Origin: Spirochaetota bacterium
GTDB lineage: Bacteria; Spirochaetota; UBA4802; UBA5550
DNA: 64,000 nucleotides
Direction: 5' to 3'
Assembly (NCBI GenBank): GCA_041749375.1
Contig: JBGTBN010000149.1
Location: forward strand, 3,014 to 67,013
Both the position numbers and the translations under genes were made by a program. Of this stretch, positions 49,232 through 58,442 are shown piece by piece (within the stretch, counting starts at the first letter, position 1; each line of letters begins with the position of its first letter). The notes below the pieces were generated by a model that saw only the letters and a program-made list of their open reading frames with translations, had not been told where the DNA came from and did not search any database.

Positions 49232-50019
49232 TATTGTCTCCGGTGGAGCGGGCCTGATATTGAGAGCCCGTCGGCACCCAGTGTCTGCCTGGTCTTCCCG
49301 TTGATTTTTATGATAACGCTTCCCACACCGCTGAATTGCGTCGCCGTGTACACGATCTGGTCCAGCCGATTTAACAGTATGCTGCCAGCGGCGCCGTGTT
49401 CAATCGCTCCGTTAAAATCTATCTCCGCGGTTTTATTCCGTACCTTCACGCTGTTAATTTTCAGCTCCACCGGGATGGCGGTCAGGAGACCTTTCCTTTT
49501 TTCTGCCGCGGTCGGCCCCTTGACCAGCTCGCGGAGCGTGTTCTCCAGGAGGGGCTGCCTTACTACCTTCCGGCTGACCGGTGCGAGGTACAGTTTGTCG
49601 GTCTTCTCGTTAAGGGCGACAAAGTATATCTTGACGTTTTCCTCCTGACGGTTCTCCAGCACTTCCTTTATAATGATTGTCTTTGGGGTTTTCTCCTCCC
49701 TGGCGGACTTGCTTTCGCCGCCGTCCTCCTTTTCCCTGGCTTCCTTCACCTTTTCGCGTTTCTCTTCCTTTTTTTCAACATCCAGTTTTTTTACGGGAGT
49801 CTTTTCCACGACGTGCCGTTGCGGAGTATAATACTTCCCGAACAGGAGCGCCAGCGCCGTCACCAGGCCCATGATGATGAGCACGTATGCGGGATTCTTT
49901 CCGCGCTCCGGGGGCCGGGCAGCCGCAGCTGTTTTTGGCGCCTTGCCGGCCGCAGGTTTTTTCTTTGCCGTTGATTTGGCTTTCTTCCCAGTGCTTTTCG
50001 CAGCTTGTTTTGCCACCAT
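49231..50019 (-). CDS. GerMN-domain membrane-anchored protein with Lys/Ala-rich N-terminus
   Basis: TM anchor, K/E-rich linker, and a GerMN-like C-terminus (LRELVKGPTAAEKRKGLLTAIP...VIIKINGK). Confidence 0.65.
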   Translation of the reverse strand: MVAKQAAKSTGKKAKSTAKKKPAAGKAPKTAAAARPPERGKNPAYVLIIMGLVTALALLFGKYYTPQRHVVEKTPVKKLDVEKKEEKREKVKEAREKEDGGESKSAREEKTPKTIIIKEVLENRQEENVKIYFVALNEKTDKLYLAPVSRKVVRQPLLENTLRELVKGPTAAEKRKGLLTAIPVELKINSVKVRNKTAEIDFNGAIEHGAAGSILLNRLDQIVYTATQFSGVGSVIIKINGKTRQTLGADGLSISGPLHRRQ

Positions 50020-50262
50020 GATGCTCCGTTTATAGAAAGATTCGGATGCCTCAATAAAATCCTTGAAATTATTGGCCGCCTGTGCTACATATTAAAAAAG
50101 AGAGTCCGTGCCTTCCGGTACGGCATCATGCATCCGTGATGCACGTTAAACCGATCCAATGCCGGACTGTCCCTTACGATATGATACACGAATATTCAGC
50201 AAGTTAATAATATTTCAATAATAATTTTATTTTCCGGCGGCCGGGTATAAAGGAGTCATCGG

Positions 50263-50979
50263 ATGATTGCCGTTTCATCGAAAATAGCATGCGCCGTGAT
50301 AACAATCACGCTGTTACCGGTTTCTTGCAGCAGTAAAGGAGAAACGTCAATGGAGCAACTTCGCAATCGCATGGTCATGACCCAGATCGAGGCCCGCGGC
50401 GTCACCGATGAACGCGTGCTTGCGGCCATGCGTCGTGTCGAGAGGCACAAGTTTGTCCCCGGCCAGCAGGTGGCGAGCGCCTACGAGGACCACCCCCTGC
50501 CTATCGGACACGGCCAGACGATTTCGCAGCCGTATATCGTGGCCCTCATGACCGAGTTGTGCGATCTCGACGGCGGTGAGAAGGTCCTCGAGATCGGTAC
50601 CGGGTCCGGGTACCAGGCGGCCGTTCTGTCGCTCCTTTCTAAATCTGTGTACAGCATCGAGATCGTGGAACCGCTTGGTAAAAGCGCCCGCCGCTCGCTC
50701 GCGGAGCTGGGATACCGGAACGTCGAGGTCAGGATCGGCGATGGGTACGCCGGCTGGCCCGAGGAGGCCCCGTTCGATGTCATCATACTTACCGCCGCGC
50801 CGCCAAAAATACCCGGCGCGCTTATCGACCAGCTCATCGACGGAGGTATCCTCGTCGCCCCTGAGGGCGAATATGCGCAGGAGCTGGTAGTTATCACAAA
50901 ACAGGGGGGCACAATCTCCAGGCGGACAGTTACGTACGTGCGCTTCGTACCAATGATTCACGCCGAACCGGGCAAGTAA
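50263..50979 (+). CDS. pcm: protein-L-isoaspartate O-methyltransferase with N-terminal signal/lipoprotein-like peptide
   Basis: QTISQPYIVALMTE and VLEIGTGSGYQAAVLS. AAAGGAG lies 7 nt upstream of ATG 50263, and a second AAAGGAG lies 8 nt upstream of in-frame ATG 50350. Confidence 0.88.
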   Translation: MIAVSSKIACAVITITLLPVSCSSKGETSMEQLRNRMVMTQIEARGVTDERVLAAMRRVERHKFVPGQQVASAYEDHPLPIGHGQTISQPYIVALMTELCDLDGGEKVLEIGTGSGYQAAVLSLLSKSVYSIEIVEPLGKSARRSLAELGYRNVEVRIGDGYAGWPEEAPFDVIILTAAPPKIPGALIDQLIDGGILVAPEGEYAQELVVITKQGGTISRRTVTYVRFVPMIHAEPGK

Positions 50980-51054
50980 ATGTATTGACAAAATCAATTC
51001 GCGTTTTTCTTCTATTAGTTAGTTTAATCGTTTCATTCGACCGGATACAAAGCA

Positions 51055-52923
51055 ATGGCAAAAGAAAGCATCCAGGACAAGCGTTTCCAGTTTCTCCATG
51101 CACACGTGGCACGCGAGCCTCACATCTATGAAGTCCTTGGCGAGATAATGAATTACCAGTCTAACGTGCTGAATAACGGTATCGGCCACCTTGCCTTCAT
51201 GGACGACCTCAAGACGTCCCGGAATATCAAGATACCATTCACGATCGCACGCAACAAGATCATAACCAACCTCGTAGAGATACTGACAAAAAACTATCCC
51301 GACAAGGTGCGGGCCATTATTACCTTCACCTTTACGGTTGACCCGCAGACCAAAAAGCTCTCGATCAACGAAGAGCGGGAGTATTCTGTCCTTCTCAGCA
51401 ACGACGAGTTCAACCGGCTGCAGACAGAGCGGAACATCGTTTCATCCGTGAATTTCATGAGCCTGATCAACCAGTTCAGGCTCTTTAACCTGACCAAGTT
51501 ATTAAAAAAGACAAAGGAGCGCGCCCTCCTGTCTCAGGTCATCAAGCTCGAGCTAGGCAAGAACGTATTCACCTACAAGAATTATACCATGGACCGGCAG
51601 GGCAATGAGACTGCCGAGGACTACTGCTTTCATCGGAGCAATTACGAGTCCGTGCTTAAAATGCTTACCCTCGAAAAGATGAACAAGGTCATCCTCAACC
51701 ATTCAATACCGATACTCAGACGGCTTAAAAATTTCGGCATTCTGAATACGGACTTCAGCGATTACCAGGACTCGAAACTCGATTACCTCCTGAACGTACT
51801 TCTCCAAGACATCTATCTTTCGCTTTCAGACACCGAGCTGACCGAGGTAAAGAATTTCAATTCCCTCCGCTCCTGCGTTCTCAAGGTCGAAACGATCATT
51901 GACCCGATGATAACCGCCAGTGGTGACCTGGCCGCCTACGTACGCGAAAGCCGCATCTGCCCTATCTCCGCACTGTCATCGGTAGTTCACGACATCACGG
52001 AGGACCAGGTCTTCCAGTGGGTGGCTGAAAACGGCGCCCGGTATAAAATCATTCTTTTCAGGGATGAAGACGGGATATCCTACCTGATCGACGGCAACTT
52101 CCTCCTGCCCCGGCTCACCGAGCTCCATGACGTTATCGTCAACAGGCCGGAAGCCCTCGCTGCCCTTGGCCACTCCGAGAAAGAGCGCATCTTCGACGAG
52201 ACCACCCTGCTCTGCAATTCAGCTAAAAACCTGCTTGAATCTCCGGAAAGGCTCAAGCCGATCATTGGCAGGGAGGACAGCGCGCAGAAGCTCAGGACGA
52301 TAATCCAGGAATATGAGAATTACCAGAACCGGCTCTCAATGGAATCGGCCGTCGAGCGCGACGAGCGCACCTCCAGGAGAAAACGGTCCATCATGGAGGC
52401 CATATCCGACTTTTTCCGCTCGTTCTTCGTGTCACACAAGGAGGAGGCTGCGGCCGGGAACGTCGCCCGCGAATCCGACGATGATGCCGGCGTATACCGT
52501 CCGTCGGCCACCGGCGAGGCGAAGAACATCATCTACAAGATCAAGAATAGCACGGCGAAAATCATACCGCTCTCCAACTACATAGATCTTCTGCCGGCAA
52601 ATGAACCCGAGATCGAGACCATCATCAACGACACCAGGAAGCTCAACCTGAAAATCGTAATCCCGATGTATAACGCCCGTCGGGTCCTCTATCCCAACCG
52701 GAGCCAGCAGTACCTTCTGCCAGACATCGAGTACCTGATGGTGAACCCGGAGGTGGCCCAGGCACCGGAAACCATACGCGAATTCACCGACTCACTGTAC
52801 GGTGAAAAACTAAAAGACGAAAAGCTCCTGGGACCGGCCATAATCACGATCGAAAAGTACCTCATGAGCCTCTACACGCAGAAAAAAGCCCAGATGATGA
52901 GAAAGGGCAGGATGAAAAAATGA
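51055..52923 (+). CDS. hypothetical protein (622 aa, no recognisable motif)
   Basis: A long uninterrupted ORF whose codon bias resembles its neighbours. No TM segment or signal peptide; basic C-terminal tail. Confidence 0.6.
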   Translation: MAKESIQDKRFQFLHAHVAREPHIYEVLGEIMNYQSNVLNNGIGHLAFMDDLKTSRNIKIPFTIARNKIITNLVEILTKNYPDKVRAIITFTFTVDPQTKKLSINEEREYSVLLSNDEFNRLQTERNIVSSVNFMSLINQFRLFNLTKLLKKTKERALLSQVIKLELGKNVFTYKNYTMDRQGNETAEDYCFHRSNYESVLKMLTLEKMNKVILNHSIPILRRLKNFGILNTDFSDYQDSKLDYLLNVLLQDIYLSLSDTELTEVKNFNSLRSCVLKVETIIDPMITASGDLAAYVRESRICPISALSSVVHDITEDQVFQWVAENGARYKIILFRDEDGISYLIDGNFLLPRLTELHDVIVNRPEALAALGHSEKERIFDETTLLCNSAKNLLESPERLKPIIGREDSAQKLRTIIQEYENYQNRLSMESAVERDERTSRRKRSIMEAISDFFRSFFVSHKEEAAAGNVARESDDDAGVYRPSATGEAKNIIYKIKNSTAKIIPLSNYIDLLPANEPEIETIINDTRKLNLKIVIPMYNARRVLYPNRSQQYLLPDIEYLMVNPEVAQAPETIREFTDSLYGEKLKDEKLLGPAIITIEKYLMSLYTQKKAQMMRKGRMKK

Positions 52924-53005
52924 GGACCGGATGTCACAACGCTCCTCAAAGAGGAGCGCTGCGACGAAAAAAAATTATTCCGGGAGATTTAAGAAAGATT
53001 TCCGT

Positions 53006-53302
53006 CTAACCCTGCTCTGTGGAGCCTGCGGGACAGTTTGCAGTTGAGCAGGAATCCGTGCCCGTTTTCGATGCGTTGTCAGAATCGCTGCTCTTTTTTA
53101 CCGATGAGCTTTTACCGGTACCGTTGTTCTTGTAATCATTTACGTGAAACCCCGATCCCTTGAATATGATCCCTGCAGAAACAAAAAGTTTTCGCACCCT
53201 GCCGCCGCATTTCACGCATGTCGCAACAGGATCATCGTTCATCGACTGAAACACATCGAACCTGTGTTTGCATTCCAGGCATTCATATTCGTACGTCGGC
53301 AT
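53006..53302 (-). CDS. FmdB-family zinc-ribbon protein
   Basis: MPTYEYECLECKHRFDVFQSMNDDPVATCVKCGG. Confidence 0.8.
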   Translation of the reverse strand: MPTYEYECLECKHRFDVFQSMNDDPVATCVKCGGRVRKLFVSAGIIFKGSGFHVNDYKNNGTGKSSSVKKSSDSDNASKTGTDSCSTANCPAGSTEQG

Positions 53303-53546
53303 AAACGATAACCTTTTTCCCCTTCAATAATACTCGGATTACTTAATCCGACAGGCATTACAATTACAACCCTGTTTATTGTCAATGAAATAAACGGCTA
53401 TTTTTCGTGATTTTTCTATTCAACCTTATTATGCAGGTATTTTTTTGATTATCACCCGATGAAAAGTCCTTGAATTTTTAAAAAAACAACCCCGTGTTAA
53501 ACACACGGAAACTTTGATCCGTCCATGTTCACAGGTAACGATACCG

Positions 53547-54578
53547 ATGCCCAAACAACAGATAACAATCCCGATTTTTCTCCCCAACCTGGGGTGCCCC
53601 CACCGATGCGTTTTTTGCGATCAGAAAAAATCTACATCCGTGCGCCATATGCCCGGTCCCGAGCTGATCGATACCATGATCGGAAAGTATATTCCCCATA
53701 TCAAAAAAAGCGTACGCCGCATCGAAGTGGCCTTCTTTGGCGGGAGCTTTACCGGTATTAAGAAGGAAATCCAGGAAACGTTTCTCAAGGCTGCCCATCA
53801 TCACCTTAAGAAAAAAACAATCCAGGCCATACGCCTATCGACCAGGCCCGATTACATCAGTGATGAAGCACTCGAGCTGCTGAAAAAGTACGAGGTCTCT
53901 ACCGTCGAACTTGGCGTTCAGTCATTCGATGATCGCGTTCTCGAAGACTCCGGCAGGGGGCACACGGCTGCGGACGTACACGATGCGGTCCGGTGCCTGA
54001 AAAAGCATGGGATCGATTTCGTGATACAGTTGATGCCGGGCCTCGTCGGCGACACATGGGAAACATCCCTCTGTTCGGCTGCGGAGGCGGCATCACTCAA
54101 CCCGGCCGCCGTGCGGATATACCCGGTGGTCGTCCTGAACGGTACCGGTCTCGATGAGCTGTATCGTCGCGGGCAGTACTCGCCATTGTCCCTCGAAGAG
54201 GCCGTAGAGCTGTGCAAGGAGATATATCTTCTGTTCAGCTCCCGCTCGATCCCCGTCATCAGGATGGGCATCCATCCCTTCGCCCCCGGAGAGATCGCGA
54301 ACATCGTGGCAGGCCCCTACCACCCGTCGTTCGGGTACCTGGTTAAAGCCCGCGTCCGCCGGGATGAGATGACCGCCTGCATGCGCTGCCATATCGGCGC
54401 CGGGCGGCCCGGGGCCGATCGGATCAGCATCCGTATCCCGGGCAGGTTCATGGAGGAATATCTCGGCGCCAACAGGGAAAATATTGCTTTTCTGCAGAAC
54501 AGGTTCAATATAGACCGAATCGATTACACAATCGAGGATATCCCGGCAGTTATGGTCGCCCGGGCCGGGCGCGAGTAG
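53547..54578 (+). CDS. radical SAM protein (ELP3-related core without acetyltransferase domain)
   Basis: CPHRCVFCDQ (CxxxCxxC) near the N-terminus, with a TIM-barrel pattern. ATG 53547 is preferred. Confidence 0.8.
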   Translation: MPKQQITIPIFLPNLGCPHRCVFCDQKKSTSVRHMPGPELIDTMIGKYIPHIKKSVRRIEVAFFGGSFTGIKKEIQETFLKAAHHHLKKKTIQAIRLSTRPDYISDEALELLKKYEVSTVELGVQSFDDRVLEDSGRGHTAADVHDAVRCLKKHGIDFVIQLMPGLVGDTWETSLCSAAEAASLNPAAVRIYPVVVLNGTGLDELYRRGQYSPLSLEEAVELCKEIYLLFSSRSIPVIRMGIHPFAPGEIANIVAGPYHPSFGYLVKARVRRDEMTACMRCHIGAGRPGADRISIRIPGRFMEEYLGANRENIAFLQNRFNIDRIDYTIEDIPAVMVARAGRE

Positions 54579-54602
54579 CATACTACAAGAGGGAGAGACC
54601 CT

Positions 54603-55751
54603 ATGCTGAAGCCATGTAACATCCTTCTCGTTATAGTGATGACAATCCTTATCGCCGGCGCACCGTCAGCGCCGGACGCCGCTCCAATGAAGAAAAAAAC
54701 CGCTGCGAAGGCTAAAACCGCCCGGGGACCTGCACCGGTCCCGGGTACGCGTGTCATAAAGGATTTCGCATCGGCCTACAACTCTCCGGCAGAATTGATA
54801 ACGTTGAAAACGTATTATATCGGCATTGCACGGAATGCCGTTGAAACACGGGGCGTGAACAGCGTCCCGGTCCAGTTTCACACCGTAGGTGTTACCGGCC
54901 GCCTGTCCGATTGCGGCCTTAACATGAAAAACACATGGGAAGCACGCTATTACCGCCTTGAAACTGAATGGATATTCCAGGACATAACCCTGAAAAGCTC
55001 GGTGCCGGACGGAAGACCGACAGCCAGACTCCCCAACCTCGGCGACGATACCGCCAGGAAGCTCATTGCCGAAGGGGTCGGCTCCCAGTATGGCGTGACA
55101 ATACGGGAAGTCACACTCCTCGGAAAAAAAGGATCCTGGAAGCTCTGCGTACCCACATACCAGGTGACATCGAGGGTCGTGGCTGTCGCAAAAAATGATA
55201 TACAGAATACCTCGACCCTCTACGAATGCCTTATGAGATCGACCATTGCTCAGGAAAATGGATCATGGGGATACGTGACCTCTGGCTGCGTCTATAAGGG
55301 CAAGGATTCTTCCGAATGCCACATCGGGACCATGTGCCGGACCATGACGCAGGACAGCACCATCCCTCCGATCTCCGATCCGGATGCACTGCTTATACTG
55401 CGTGAAGCTTTTACAGCTGAATACGGACTCAGGAAAAACAATATTTCGATCGAGAAATTCACGCTCGTAAGCCGGCTCACGGCTGAAACCTTCGGGACAA
55501 CGATATTCTGCGTCATGAGCACGGTCTTCGTGATCGACGAGATCAGGGAATCATCGGCCGGCGACGGCCGCCGGACCGCCGAAAAAGTACGGGCAGTGTA
55601 CGAGTGCTCCGTATACGGCATGCTCCGCTACTCGCTTCGCGAAAGTAAGTGGGAAGGAATCATTACCTCCTGCTGCGCCCCTGATTCCGGAGACTGCGGC
55701 ATGTCCTGCTCCGCTCCATACAAAGGCTGCCGCAGGCTTGGCGAAAAATAG
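54603..55751 (+). CDS. hypothetical secreted Cys-rich protein with internal repeats
   Basis: Signal peptide. Repeated modules end in LYECLMRSTIAQENGSWGYVTSGC and VYECSVYGMLRYSLRESKWEGIITSCC. The C-terminal tail is Cys-rich. Confidence 0.6.
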   Translation: MLKPCNILLVIVMTILIAGAPSAPDAAPMKKKTAAKAKTARGPAPVPGTRVIKDFASAYNSPAELITLKTYYIGIARNAVETRGVNSVPVQFHTVGVTGRLSDCGLNMKNTWEARYYRLETEWIFQDITLKSSVPDGRPTARLPNLGDDTARKLIAEGVGSQYGVTIREVTLLGKKGSWKLCVPTYQVTSRVVAVAKNDIQNTSTLYECLMRSTIAQENGSWGYVTSGCVYKGKDSSECHIGTMCRTMTQDSTIPPISDPDALLILREAFTAEYGLRKNNISIEKFTLVSRLTAETFGTTIFCVMSTVFVIDEIRESSAGDGRRTAEKVRAVYECSVYGMLRYSLRESKWEGIITSCCAPDSGDCGMSCSAPYKGCRRLGEK

Positions 55752-55783
55752 GCCCGCCACGGGACGTTACGCGGAGGACGTAC

Positions 55784-56716
55784 ATGCGACAGGACATGCT
55801 GAACCGGGTGATCTGCGAAACGCTGAAACTGCGCGCCTATACAGCGACCACGCTCTCCGCGGTCAGTGAAATCACGTCCATCCACGGCACCTCGCCCAAC
55901 GGCACGGTCGCCCTGGGCAGGACCATTACCGCGGCAGCCCTCCTGAGCGCGACTCTAAAACCGGATTCGAACCAGAGCCTCCTCCTGAAAATCGAGGGGA
56001 GCGGGCCCATACGGGAAATACACGCGCAGGCAGACGCCCGCGGAAACATCAGGGGCTACGCCGCCAACCCATCTCCAGACCTCGATGAAGATATCGGCGT
56101 CATCAGCTTTTCCAGGACAATCGGCGCGGGATTCCTTACCGTGCGTAAGGACATCGGGCTCGGGGAGCCCTACTCGAGCATCACTCCGCTCCATGCCGGC
56201 GAGGTCGCGGGAGACCTCGCCTATTACCTCACCGCGTCCGAGCAGATCCCATCCGCGGTCATCATAGCCCTGACCCTTGATGCTAACGGGGCGGTCGCCT
56301 CCTCCGGCGGGATCCTGATCCAGACATTTCCCGACACCCCGGACAAATCGATCGGCCGTGTCGAGCAGTCCATGGCATCGCTCGGAAAAGACCTCGGAGC
56401 CAGCCTCAGAGAGGGAACGGATATCACATCGGTGCTCGGTGATATCCTGGGCGGAGAGCCGTTCACCGTTATCCAATCCCGCCCTATCCGCGCCGGGTGC
56501 AGGTGCTCGCGGGAGGTTATCCGCTCCGTTCTGCTGAATATTCACCGTGAGGAGCTGGACGATATGCTCCTCCGCGACCGGGGGGCAGAGGTGGTCTGCA
56601 CCTTCTGCACAAAAAAATACCGGTTTGACGAAAAGGATCTCGAGACATTAATCAAGGAAAAATCCGGCGGCATGGCCATAAAACCGTCCGAGCGGGAGCG
56701 GCAGGACATTCATTGA
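55784..56716 (+). CDS. hslO: redox-regulated chaperone Hsp33
   Basis: Hsp33 fold pattern plus the zinc centre CRCS...CTFC. Confidence 0.9.
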   Translation: MRQDMLNRVICETLKLRAYTATTLSAVSEITSIHGTSPNGTVALGRTITAAALLSATLKPDSNQSLLLKIEGSGPIREIHAQADARGNIRGYAANPSPDLDEDIGVISFSRTIGAGFLTVRKDIGLGEPYSSITPLHAGEVAGDLAYYLTASEQIPSAVIIALTLDANGAVASSGGILIQTFPDTPDKSIGRVEQSMASLGKDLGASLREGTDITSVLGDILGGEPFTVIQSRPIRAGCRCSREVIRSVLLNIHREELDDMLLRDRGAEVVCTFCTKKYRFDEKDLETLIKEKSGGMAIKPSERERQDIH

Positions 56717-56805
56717 CCGATCCGCTCCATTAAACTACATTTTTTGTTGACTCGCAACGCACCATTGGGCGATACTATCCGTCACTTTTATACATTACGG
56801 CCGAC

Positions 56806-58419
56806 ATGAAACGATACGAAACAGAAGTCATTATCATAGGAGGCGGCGTCACGGGTGCGGGGATTCTGCGCGACCTTTCGCTCCGCGGCATCCCGGCCGT
56901 GCTCGTTGAAAAGGACGACATTGCCTACGGCGCAACCGGCCGCAATCACGGCCTCCTCCATTCCGGCGCCCGATACGCGGTCAATGACCTTGAATCGGCC
57001 AAGGAATGCGTCAGCGAGAACCGGATACTGAAAAATATCGCCCGGCACTGCATCGAGGACACGGGCGGCCTTTTCGTCACTCTGCCCGACGACGACCCCA
57101 TGTACCATACCCGACTCATTGAAGGGTGCAAGATCGCCGGCATCAAGGCGAATGAAATCAGCAGCAAGGAGGCGCTCCGTCTCGAGCCCCACCTTAACGA
57201 AAACATCATGGCCGCCATATGGGTCCCTGACGGAACCGTGGACCCGTTCCGCCTCGCCGCCTCGAACATCCTCGACGCAGAGGAGCACGGCGCTCGCGTG
57301 TTCACCCACACCGAGGTCACCGAGATCATCAGGAGCGACGGAACGGCCGTCGGCGTGCGCTGCAAGACCCGCGATAACGACGTGATCGAGCTGTACGGCC
57401 GGGTCATCATCAACGCATCGGGCGTCTGGGGCCAGCATGTCTGCTCCCGGGCCGGTATCGAGCTTGCGATGTTTCCCTCCAAGGGATCCATGCTGATCAT
57501 CGATTACCGGGTCAACAACATAGTCATCAACCGATGCCGCCCCCCCGCCGACGGCGACATCATAGTTCCCGGCGATACGGTCTCAATAATCGGGACCACC
57601 TCCCGGAAAATCGACTATGACCGGATCGAGTACCTTACCGTCGATGACGACGAGATCGAGGTGCTCCTGGCAGACGGTGAAAAGCTGATTCCGAACGTTT
57701 CCCGGACCCGCGCCCTCAGGGCCTATTGCGGTGTCCGTCCCCTGGTCGCCGTATCGGGCGATACCGAGGGGCGCAACATCAGCCGCGGGATAGTGCTCAT
57801 CGACCACGCAGAGCGGGACGGGATCGAGGGATTCATCACCATCGCCGGCGGAAAGCTCATGACCTACCGTCTCATGGCCGAGCAGACCTCTGACCTTGTG
57901 TGCAGCAAGCTCGGCGTGAAGAAGGCGTGCTCCACGCACAAAACGCACCTTCCCGGATCGGAACGCAAGGTGCGCCCGGGCATGAACATCAAGGCCTTCA
58001 CGGGCATTCCCAATTCGGTCGTCGGCTCAACCCTGTACCGGCACGGACAGAGGGTACACAACTTCCTGACAAAAGACAAGAAGAACTACCGTCTTATCTG
58101 CGAGTGTGAGATGGTCACCGAGGGCGAGGTCGAATACGCCCTGAAAAAGCTGCACGTGAGGGATATCGTCGACCTGAGACGAAGAACGCGCGTCGGCATG
58201 GGCCCCTGCCAGGGCGAACTCTGCGCGTACCGATCCGCCGGCCTGTTCCATGAGTACGGCTCCGCCACGCCCGTTGAATCACAGAAGCTGCTCCGGGACT
58301 TCCTCGAGGAGCGCTGGAAGGGAATAAAGCCGGTTTTATGGGGCGACACGCTCCGTGAATCGGAGTTCACATACTGGATCTACCAGGGCCTGTTCGGCCT
58401 GGGCAACATCAAGGAATAA
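56806..58419 (+). CDS. glpA: anaerobic glycerol-3-phosphate dehydrogenase subunit A
   Basis: FAD motif VIIIGGGVTGAG and a BFD-like 2Fe-2S domain (CECEMVTEGEV...GPCQGELC). Confidence 0.9.
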   Translation: MKRYETEVIIIGGGVTGAGILRDLSLRGIPAVLVEKDDIAYGATGRNHGLLHSGARYAVNDLESAKECVSENRILKNIARHCIEDTGGLFVTLPDDDPMYHTRLIEGCKIAGIKANEISSKEALRLEPHLNENIMAAIWVPDGTVDPFRLAASNILDAEEHGARVFTHTEVTEIIRSDGTAVGVRCKTRDNDVIELYGRVIINASGVWGQHVCSRAGIELAMFPSKGSMLIIDYRVNNIVINRCRPPADGDIIVPGDTVSIIGTTSRKIDYDRIEYLTVDDDEIEVLLADGEKLIPNVSRTRALRAYCGVRPLVAVSGDTEGRNISRGIVLIDHAERDGIEGFITIAGGKLMTYRLMAEQTSDLVCSKLGVKKACSTHKTHLPGSERKVRPGMNIKAFTGIPNSVVGSTLYRHGQRVHNFLTKDKKNYRLICECEMVTEGEVEYALKKLHVRDIVDLRRRTRVGMGPCQGELCAYRSAGLFHEYGSATPVESQKLLRDFLEERWKGIKPVLWGDTLRESEFTYWIYQGLFGLGNIKE

Positions 58420-58442
58420 CTCAGAAGGAGGGACGCACCCGG

